Positions 25,058 to 32,000 of a stretch of 32,000 nt of DNA are shown in pieces. The position numbers were made by a program, and so were the translations under genes. Numbering within the stretch: position 1 is the first letter of the stretch; each line of letters starts with the position of its first letter. Location of the stretch: the NCBI RefSeq assembly GCF_018336915.1, contig NZ_CP064926.1:150001-182000 (forward strand), read 5' to 3'. The DNA comes from Acaryochloris marina S15. GTDB taxonomy: Bacteria > Cyanobacteriota > Cyanobacteriia > Thermosynechococcales > Thermosynechococcaceae. The notes under the pieces were generated by a model, which was given only the letters and a program-made list of their open reading frames with translations, was not told the origin of the DNA and did no database searches.

Positions 25058-27685
25058 TCAAAAAGGACATGCATCTGCATCCAGACAGTGTTGTCCTCCC
25101 AACTGGGCTTTAGCCTGCTGATAGTCCTCCAAATGAATGGAGACCGGATCAACCCGCCAAATCTCTTGGCAATATTCCCGAATGGCCCGATCTGAAGAGA
25201 ACCGCCCAATCCGAGCGACATTACGAATGGTCGTTCTGGTCCAGGTATCTTGATCTTGAAATGCCTGTCCCACCTGATCTTGGCAATCAATATAAGACTG
25301 ATAGTCTGCGAGTAAGCAATAGGAATCTGCTTGCAGAAGTTGATCCACTAGGGGTTGAAATAGCGCCCGATTCCCATGGGAAAAATATCCAGAGGCTACG
25401 AGGTCGATCGCTTCTTTCAGGGTTGAATTGGTATTGTAGTAAGTCCGAGGGCAGTATCCTTGTGACTTAAAGTTGACAATATCTTCAGTGGTCAACCCAA
25501 ATAGGAAAAAATTGTCGGCTCCCACTGCCGCTCGAATTTCAATATTGGCCCCATCGAGGGTGCCAATGGTTAAAGCGCCATTCATCGAGAACTTCATATT
25601 GCCCGTGCCGGAGGCTTCTTTCCCTGCAGTGGAAATCTGCTCTGACAAGTCAGCAGCGGGATAAATCCGCTGACTGTTTGTGACATTGAAGTCAGGTAGA
25701 AAGACCACTTTGATGCGATCGCAGATGTCAGGATCATGATTCACCACTTCTCCCACCGACGTGATCAGCTTAATGATTAGCTTGGCCATCTGATAGCCGG
25801 GAGCAGCCTTGCCCCCAAAGATAAAAGTGCGGGGTGGAAACGCGAGTTGGGGGTTGTGCTTGATGCGGTTATAGAGGGTAATGATATGGAGCACATTGAG
25901 ATGTTGGCGCTTGTATTCATGAATGCGCTTGGCCTGGATATCAAAGATAGATTCGGGATTCAGGGTCAGTCCTTGGTGAGCCTGAATATAGTCTGCTAGA
26001 TCCTGTTTGACGGCTCGTTTTACCTGTCGCCAGTCTTGGCGGAACGCTGGATCGTCAGCTAAAGATTCTAACTGTTGGAGATCGTCCAGTTTTTTCATCC
26101 AAGATGCACCAATCTCTCGGGTAATCAACTGAGTTAGCTTCGGGTTAATTAAGACCATCCACCGACGCGGAGTTACTCCATTGGTAATATTTCTGAACTT
26201 ATGGGGCCACAGGTCATAGAAATCTTTCATGACCCCTTTTTTCAGGAGTTCTGTATGCAAAGCTGCCACCCCATTGATGGCGTGACTCCCGACACAGGCC
26301 AGGTGAGCCATGCGAATTCGTTTGTTCCCGCTTTCTTCAATGAGGGATAAGCGGGCGAGTTTATCTGAGTTGCCTAGGTATTTAAGCCGCACCTGATCGA
26401 GAAACCGCTGATTAATTTCGTAAATAATTTCCAAATGCCGAGGCAGGAGATGACCTAATAGATTCAAAGGCCAGGTCTCCAAAGCTTCGGGAAGGAGGGT
26501 GTGATTGGTGTAAGCGAAGGATTGATGGGTGATGTCCCAAGCCTTCTGCCAATCGAGCAGATACTCATCCACCAACAACCGCATGAGTTCTGCAACCCCA
26601 ATAGCTGGATGCGTATCGTTGAGTTGAATCACAAATTTCTCATGAAACGTCTCGATTGGGTCGTCCCGCAACAGATGAATTTTTAGTAAATTTTGGAGAG
26701 AGCAGGAAACGAAAAAGTATTGTTGTTCAAGACGCAGTTGCTTCCCTTGGATAGGTTCATCATTGGGATAGAGGACTTTGGTAAGATTTTCAGAAATAAT
26801 TTTGGCATCGACGGCTCCGTAATAGTCCCCGTCATTAAAGGCTTGAAAATCGAAGGACTCTGGGGCTTCTGCCTTCCATAGCCGCAGCGTACTCGTGGTG
26901 TTCACGCGATAACCGGAAATGGGGGTGTCATAGGGAACTCCATTTACCACTTGGTGAGGAATCCAACGCACTCGGTAGCTGCCTTGATCATCGGTGTAGG
27001 GTTCTGTATAGCCCCCAAACTTGACCTCCACTGCATTCTCTGGACGAGGAATTTCCCAGGGGTTCCCCAGACGTAACCATTTATCCGTAATTTCCACCTG
27101 CCAACCATCCCGGATTTCCTGGTCAAAAATGCCGTACTCATACCGAATGCCATAGCCAATCGCTGGAATTTCCAGGGTAGCTAGGGAGTCCATATAGCAG
27201 GCGGCTAAACGACCGAGTCCCCCATTCCCCAATCCCGGTTCTTCTTCTTGCGCCAAAATGGATCTCAGATCTAATCCCGAGGATTCCACCGCTTGTTGGA
27301 CTTGATCATAGATACCGAGATTAACCAGGTTATTTTCTAAGTGAGGGCCTGGTAAATATTCAGCAGAGAGATAACAAACCACCTTGACATCCTGTTCACG
27401 GTAGGTTTTGACGGTGTTAATCCAGCGATGCAGTAATCGATCGCGCACCGTATAGGCGACGGCCATGTAGTAGTCATATAGGGTGGCAATTTCTGGGAAT
27501 TTACCTTGGATGTAATAGAGATTATCTGCGATCGCACGCTGTAGCGTTTCAGAACTCAGTCCTGTTCGGTCGTCCTCAATACAAAATGAATCACAAATTT
27601 CAGTAATGTTCTCAGGAGAGAGCTCCGAGAGATGAAAGGAGTTGTTCTCTTCATTGAAAGAGCGTTTCTTAAATGGTTCAGACAT
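25058..27685 (-). CDS. glgP: Glycogen/alpha-glucan phosphorylase
   Basis: 875 aa. Pyridoxal-phosphate site EASGTGNMKFSMNGALTIGTLDGANIE. N-terminal LGNGGLGRLAACYMDSLATL. Length and order are typical of GlgP/MalP. Confidence 0.97.
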   Translation of the reverse strand: MSEPFKKRSFNEENNSFHLSELSPENITEICDSFCIEDDRTGLSSETLQRAIADNLYYIQGKFPEIATLYDYYMAVAYTVRDRLLHRWINTVKTYREQDVKVVCYLSAEYLPGPHLENNLVNLGIYDQVQQAVESSGLDLRSILAQEEEPGLGNGGLGRLAACYMDSLATLEIPAIGYGIRYEYGIFDQEIRDGWQVEITDKWLRLGNPWEIPRPENAVEVKFGGYTEPYTDDQGSYRVRWIPHQVVNGVPYDTPISGYRVNTTSTLRLWKAEAPESFDFQAFNDGDYYGAVDAKIISENLTKVLYPNDEPIQGKQLRLEQQYFFVSCSLQNLLKIHLLRDDPIETFHEKFVIQLNDTHPAIGVAELMRLLVDEYLLDWQKAWDITHQSFAYTNHTLLPEALETWPLNLLGHLLPRHLEIIYEINQRFLDQVRLKYLGNSDKLARLSLIEESGNKRIRMAHLACVGSHAINGVAALHTELLKKGVMKDFYDLWPHKFRNITNGVTPRRWMVLINPKLTQLITREIGASWMKKLDDLQQLESLADDPAFRQDWRQVKRAVKQDLADYIQAHQGLTLNPESIFDIQAKRIHEYKRQHLNVLHIITLYNRIKHNPQLAFPPRTFIFGGKAAPGYQMAKLIIKLITSVGEVVNHDPDICDRIKVVFLPDFNVTNSQRIYPAADLSEQISTAGKEASGTGNMKFSMNGALTIGTLDGANIEIRAAVGADNFFLFGLTTEDIVNFKSQGYCPRTYYNTNSTLKEAIDLVASGYFSHGNRALFQPLVDQLLQADSYCLLADYQSYIDCQDQVGQAFQDQDTWTRTTIRNVARIGRFSSDRAIREYCQEIWRVDPVSIHLEDYQQAKAQLGGQHCLDADACPF

Positions 27686-28236
27686 GAAAAATTGACGGCA
27701 TCACGACAATAAAACCTATTTGTTACAGACTGTTCTGGACGAGTGGATTCATTCAACATCTATGCAAGGCAATACCTTGAGCAAAACGATTTCCCATTAA
27801 CCTTGATGCCAGAGTATAGATACTGAACAAATCGCAATCTTGGTTTGATAGAAGACAGTAATAAACGATTCTCTCCACATTCCACCTAAAAAAATTGAAC
27901 TGGTGGGAAGTTGGAATCTGTTAATTTCACACGGCTAAGAATGTCAAAACATTAAGTGAGAATGTTGAAGAAATTGTGACGAGAATATATTCCAGTCCAT
28001 TCAGATTGAGCACATTACATTTGGTAGGATAGTCCTCAAGTTTTGGATAATCAGATGTTAAAAGCTGATGCCTGACAAGCTGCTTCTCCTCTTCCATCCC
28101 TTGGTTGAGTCATTCTACCCCTCAGATCCTGGCATCAAAGGTACAGTAGGCTGATGTATTGCGATTTATACTTCCCTCGCTAAATAAAATTGGATGGCTT
28201 TTACAATGAATCTAGATATCCGTTAGGCAAATACGT

Positions 28237-31200
28237 ATGATTAAGCAGAAAATCATGACGTTTCCTGTCGAATCAGCCCTGGATGTACAACCGCTTATTG
28301 CTGGGCCTGATACTCCCTTAATTGAAGTCATTGGTCTAACGAGTCAAACTAATTCACAATGCCATTTACTAACAGGAGAGGTTAACCTTTCAACTCCTCA
28401 AAACCTAGGATTCGAACAAAAGGGTTGTGTTCTAATTGTCGAGAATTCACATTTGGTCGGCATCCTCACGGAACGAGACATTGTTCGGTTAATAGCCGAA
28501 AATCGCTCATTGGACAAACTCACTGCTCAAGCAGTGATGTCTCAGCCCGTAGTAACGATAATCGATGAAGGGCATTTGACAGTGTTTACAGCTTTAGAGC
28601 TGATGAACCGTCAAAAAATTCGCCATTTGCCTGTACTGGATCAACACGGGCAGATTAAGGGACTACTGACTCCTCGTCGAATTCGGAATTTTCTGCAACC
28701 CTCCGATTTACTCAAAGTTCGTCGAGTTCATGAAGTGATGATCACAGACGTGGTTTATGCGTTGTCTGAGGATTCACTATTGCAGATTACCCAGTTAATG
28801 AACCAACGGCATGTCAGCTGTGTCGTCATCATTGCACCTGCTACTCATAACACTGAAAGTCCCTGTCCTAAAGGGATTATTACAGAGAGAGACATTGTCC
28901 AGTTTCAGCGGTTAGAGCTGGATTTTGCCCAGACTCAAGCTCAAGAAGTAATGAGTACCCCCCTTTCCCTCGTTGGCCCAAATGACTCACTGTGGGCCGT
29001 ACATCAGAAAATGCAGCACCAGAAAGTGCGTCGGTTAGTTGTAGCGGATTCACAAGGGTCATTGCGGGGCATTGTCACCCAGAGTAGTTTACTCCCCGTA
29101 AACCCTTCTGAAATTTATGAATTCGTGGAGCAGCAGCAGCAGCTCATCAAACAACTGGAGACCCAAAACCATCTGCTACTTCAACAACGTAACCAAGAAC
29201 TGGAGCAGCTTATTCAAGATCGAACATCGAAATTAGAGCGCCGGGATCTCATGCGGCACCATCTGGCTAAAGGTCTGGCAACATCTACTGGCAAGGATTT
29301 CTTTCAATCTCTTGTGATGCATCTTAATCAAGCACTTCCTGCTGATTTCGTTTATATTGGACAACTTGTTGAGTCTGAGGGGCAAGCAACGATACGCACC
29401 CTCGCTGTGGCAAAGGAAGGGCAGCTCCAATCCAACTTTGAATATGCCCTAGCTGGGATGCCCTGTGAGGAGGTTGTTGATCAACAATCATGTGTATACC
29501 ACCAAGGGGTTTCAGCGGTTTTTCCCCATGATCAGATACTCAGAAACTTATGTATAAAAGGATATTTGGGAACTCCCCTCATGTCTAGTTCAAAGCAAGT
29601 CGTGGGATTAATCGTTGTTCTATGCCACCAGCCCCTTGAAGATCTGGAGTTTATAGAAGAGGTGCTGACGATTCTGGCCCAGCGAACCACAGCAGAGCTT
29701 GAGCGCCAAACCGCAGAAACTGATCGCAATCGCTTCCTTACAGTCTCTTTGGACCTACACTGTATTGCGGGCTTTGATGGCTACTTCAAAACGGTCAATC
29801 CCTCTTTTGTCCGCATTTTAGGGTATTCAATTAAAGAACTTCTGGCTCAGCCTTTCCTCAACTTTGTTCACCCCGAGGATCGGGATGCCACTGTTAGGGA
29901 ATTAGAGCAGTTGGAAATGGGTACGAATACCATTGCCTTTGAGAATCGATATCGTTGCCATGATGGTTCCTATCGTTGGTTTCTCTGGTCAGCCACTCCC
30001 TATCTCCAGCAGCAACAGATTTATGCTAGTGCTCGTGATATCACTGCTCGAAAGGAAATTGAGCAAGTTTTAGCCTTGAGAGCCAGACAACAGACTTCAG
30101 TAGCTCACTTGGGAGCATTAGCCTTAGCAAATCGAGATCTCGATGATTTGATGAATGAAATTGTCAGAGTCATCTCTCAGACTTTGGAGGTGGAATATTG
30201 CAAAGTACTTCAATTACTCCCCGATGGTGAATCTTTATTGCTGAAGGCCGGGGTTGGATGGCAACCTGGGCTGGTGGGTCAAACGATCATTGGGACTGAG
30301 CGAGAGTCCCAAGCCGGATACACATTGCGGAGTACGAGGCCGGTCATTGTTGACAACTTGGAGACTGAAACGCGGTTTAGCGGACCACCCTTGTTACGAG
30401 ATCACAAGGTTGTCAGTGGGATGAGTGTCATTATTCAAGGGCAACATCAAACTTACGGGGTCATAGGTGCTCATACGATTTACCATCGTCTCTTTAATGA
30501 GAACGATATTGACTTTCTCCAAGCAGTGGCCAATCTGTTGGCACAAACGATGGACCGGCACCAAATCGATCAAGTATTGAGACAAAACGAACTAGAATAT
30601 CGAACTTTGGCAGAAAACCTACCGGGAATTATTTATCGAGTCTTTCCTGAAGACCATAACCGAACGGTGTTTCTGAATGATCAGTGCAAAACATTGACGG
30701 GTAATGATTCTATCAACCTTTCAGTGGGAGAAGTTTGCTCCATTGACCCGATGATTGTGCCAGAAGATCGGTCTCAAGTGGTTACAACCGTGCAAGAAGC
30801 GGTCTCTTGCTTGAAGCCGTTTCAAGTGGAGTATCGAATCAAGGATAAACAGGATCAGATTCGGTACTTTTGGGAGAAAGGACAACCCATTCCAGCCCAA
30901 AATGGTCAACCACTTCACATTGATGGCGTCATTTTTGATGTGACGGATCGCAAACAAGCTGAAGCTGCACAACAAGAAAGTCAACAGCGTCTGAATAGTA
31001 TTCTTGAGTCGCTTCAAGATGTCGTTTGGTCTGTGAGTGCAGACTCATATGAATTGTTGTATCTTAGTCCAGCTGCAGAAGAGGTGTATGGACGTTCCAT
31101 TTCAGAATTTTTTGATAATTCACAACTCTGGTTGCACGTTGTTCATCCACAGGATCAGGAAAAGGTCAGGTCTTTTTCTGATCAGCTACTCAAGACGGGC

Positions 31201-32000
31201 AATAAAGAATTGGAATACCGTATTGTCCGTCCAGATGGCTCAATCCGATGGTTGTTGGATCGAGGCTGGGTGATTAAAGATGCTGAAGGGATGGTCCTGC
31301 GATTGGATGGCGTGGCGACGGATATTACGGAACGCCAGCAATCACAAGATCAAATATCAGAACTAGCAGCGCTATTGGATGTCGCCACTGATGCCATTCT
31401 GGTCCGGGGACTTGACGGTCGGATTCAATACTGGAACAAAGGTGCAACTGCTCTATATGGCTGGACTCAGAAGGAATCGCTCAGTCAAGATGTAGACCAA
31501 TTACTAGATATAACAAATGAGGAAGCAGCAGAGATTGAACAATATGTGAGGAAGCAGGGAAAGTGGCAAGGCGAACAACAACATGTGACTAAATCAGGGG
31601 ACGTAATCACGGTGATGAGCCGATGGACGTTAGTCCAAGATAGTTTAGGAAATTCCAAAGCCATACTCATTGTCAATACCGATGTCACTCAAGCAAAAAA
31701 ACTTGAAAAACAATTTTTACGAGCTCAGCGACTGGAGAGTATTGGTTCACTTGCCAGTGGGATTGCTCACGACCTCAATAACATTCTGACACCTATCTAT
31801 GGTGTGGCCCAGCTTTTACCCCTGCAACTTCCCAATGCAAGTGAACAAATTCAGCATCAGTTTGAGATTTTACAAGCCTGTGCGCAACGGGGGTCAAAAC
31901 TCATTACCCAAGTGCTTTCATTTTCCAGAGGCGCAGACGGGGAACGCGCGATTCTCTACATCAAACCTTTACTGAGTGAGCTTAGAGATTTCGCCCTTAA
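28237..32000 (+). CDS. Multi-sensor histidine kinase: 4 CBS, GAF, PAS, GAF, 3 PAS, HisKA. The 3' end lies beyond the right window edge.
   Basis: Absent from the ORF track because it runs off the window. Hand translation is open from ATG 28237 (alternative ATG 28255; upstream in-frame TAG at 28213) to base 32000. CBS-type segments run about 28.26-29.10 kb (..VLIVENSHLVGILTERDIV.., ..IRHLPVLDQHGQIKGLLT.., ..GIITERDIVQ.., ..VRRLVVADSQGSLRGIVTQ..). A QQQQ/coiled-coil linker follows. GAF-like regions lie at about 29.25-29.72 and 30.10-30.57 kb. PAS-like regions have (Y/F)R..(H/R).DGS.RW motifs at about 29.73-30.06, 30.59-30.96, 30.98-31.33 and 31.35-31.70 kb. The H-box is ESIGSLASGIAHDLNNILTPI with His at 31768..31770. 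Confidence 0.9.
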   Translation, partial: MIKQKIMTFPVESALDVQPLIAGPDTPLIEVIGLTSQTNSQCHLLTGEVNLSTPQNLGFEQKGCVLIVENSHLVGILTERDIVRLIAENRSLDKLTAQAVMSQPVVTIIDEGHLTVFTALELMNRQKIRHLPVLDQHGQIKGLLTPRRIRNFLQPSDLLKVRRVHEVMITDVVYALSEDSLLQITQLMNQRHVSCVVIIAPATHNTESPCPKGIITERDIVQFQRLELDFAQTQAQEVMSTPLSLVGPNDSLWAVHQKMQHQKVRRLVVADSQGSLRGIVTQSSLLPVNPSEIYEFVEQQQQLIKQLETQNHLLLQQRNQELEQLIQDRTSKLERRDLMRHHLAKGLATSTGKDFFQSLVMHLNQALPADFVYIGQLVESEGQATIRTLAVAKEGQLQSNFEYALAGMPCEEVVDQQSCVYHQGVSAVFPHDQILRNLCIKGYLGTPLMSSSKQVVGLIVVLCHQPLEDLEFIEEVLTILAQRTTAELERQTAETDRNRFLTVSLDLHCIAGFDGYFKTVNPSFVRILGYSIKELLAQPFLNFVHPEDRDATVRELEQLEMGTNTIAFENRYRCHDGSYRWFLWSATPYLQQQQIYASARDITARKEIEQVLALRARQQTSVAHLGALALANRDLDDLMNEIVRVISQTLEVEYCKVLQLLPDGESLLLKAGVGWQPGLVGQTIIGTERESQAGYTLRSTRPVIVDNLETETRFSGPPLLRDHKVVSGMSVIIQGQHQTYGVIGAHTIYHRLFNENDIDFLQAVANLLAQTMDRHQIDQVLRQNELEYRTLAENLPGIIYRVFPEDHNRTVFLNDQCKTLTGNDSINLSVGEVCSIDPMIVPEDRSQVVTTVQEAVSCLKPFQVEYRIKDKQDQIRYFWEKGQPIPAQNGQPLHIDGVIFDVTDRKQAEAAQQESQQRLNSILESLQDVVWSVSADSYELLYLSPAAEEVYGRSISEFFDNSQLWLHVVHPQDQEKVRSFSDQLLKTGNKELEYRIVRPDGSIRWLLDRGWVIKDAEGMVLRLDGVATDITERQQSQDQISELAALLDVATDAILVRGLDGRIQYWNKGATALYGWTQKESLSQDVDQLLDITNEEAAEIEQYVRKQGKWQGEQQHVTKSGDVITVMSRWTLVQDSLGNSKAILIVNTDVTQAKKLEKQFLRAQRLESIGSLASGIAHDLNNILTPIYGVAQLLPLQLPNASEQIQHQFEILQACAQRGSKLITQVLSFSRGADGERAILYIKPLLSELRDFAL

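Noticed and set aside
25261-27759. Several 60-70-aa ORFs on both strands within and around glgP (for example 25261..25470, 26501..26686, 26944..27159, 27556..27759)
   Set aside because: They overlap the strongly supported 875-aa phosphorylase frame and have no independent motifs or Shine-Dalgarno sites.
28880-31688. Minus-strand and alternative-frame ORFs inside the histidine kinase (28880..29062, 29233..29430, 29532..29729, 30394..30585, 30721..31017, 31037..31273, 31485..31688)
   Set aside because: They are embedded in a continuous frame of at least 1254 codons that has recognisable CBS/GAF/PAS/HisKA motifs. They are shadow ORFs.
1-32000. Search for CRISPR arrays, tRNA/rRNA genes, integrase/att sites, defence-system genes and RiPP precursor/maturase pairs
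   Set aside because: By visual inspection I found no regularly spaced direct repeats, no tRNA-like T-arm (GGTTCGAATCC-type) sequences, no integrase or recombinase ORF, and no nuclease, ATPase or reverse-transcriptase ORFs beyond those annotated. This needs confirmation with tRNAscan-SE, CRISPR finders and DefenseFinder.

Overview
The window looks like a cyanobacterial chromosomal segment. Support: at least 6 copies of the HIP1 octamer GCGATCGC against about 0.5 expected, a PaO/Tic55-type Rieske oxygenase, a group-2-like sigma factor, and small proteins resembling cyanobacteria-specific DUF families. I recognise about 25 protein-coding genes or gene remnants. I found no rRNA, tRNA or CRISPR array.

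Housekeeping genes are ftsH, a groES-groEL pair, glgP, a sigma-70 family factor, an MDR-type quinone oxidoreductase, and the 5' 3.76 kb of a very large CBS-GAF-PAS histidine kinase that runs off the right edge. A CrtI-like flavoprotein gene runs off the left edge. Neither edge gene is in the ORF track.

Accessory or decaying content:
- An intact 1432-bp IS (3550..4981) has perfect 18-bp terminal inverted repeats and a 9-bp target duplication. It cleanly splits a SAM methyltransferase gene.
- The adjacent PaO-type Rieske oxygenase carries an in-frame TGA.
- A visibly AT-rich, gene-poor stretch (about 11.0-16.2 kb) holds two universal stress protein genes, a 5'-truncated and frame-broken IS1-like transposase remnant, small membrane-peptide ORFs below the track cutoff, and an 868-bp non-coding gap.

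I did not find a clear-cut novel multi-gene system such as a defence island, RiPP cluster or retroelement. The best candidates for follow-up are:
- a DJ-1/PfpI domain that has lost its nucleophile Cys and is fused to a helical ferritin-like domain;
- the decaying reductase / PaO-oxygenase / methyltransferase trio;
- a tightly spaced DUF1830-like / DUF1816-like / MgtC-DUF4010 gene set downstream of a divergent groESL paralog with no CIRCE and no Gly-Met tail;
- a USP that has lost its ATP-binding motif, followed by a 41-aa membrane peptide.

All family assignments rest on motif recognition by eye and need HMM or BLAST confirmation.
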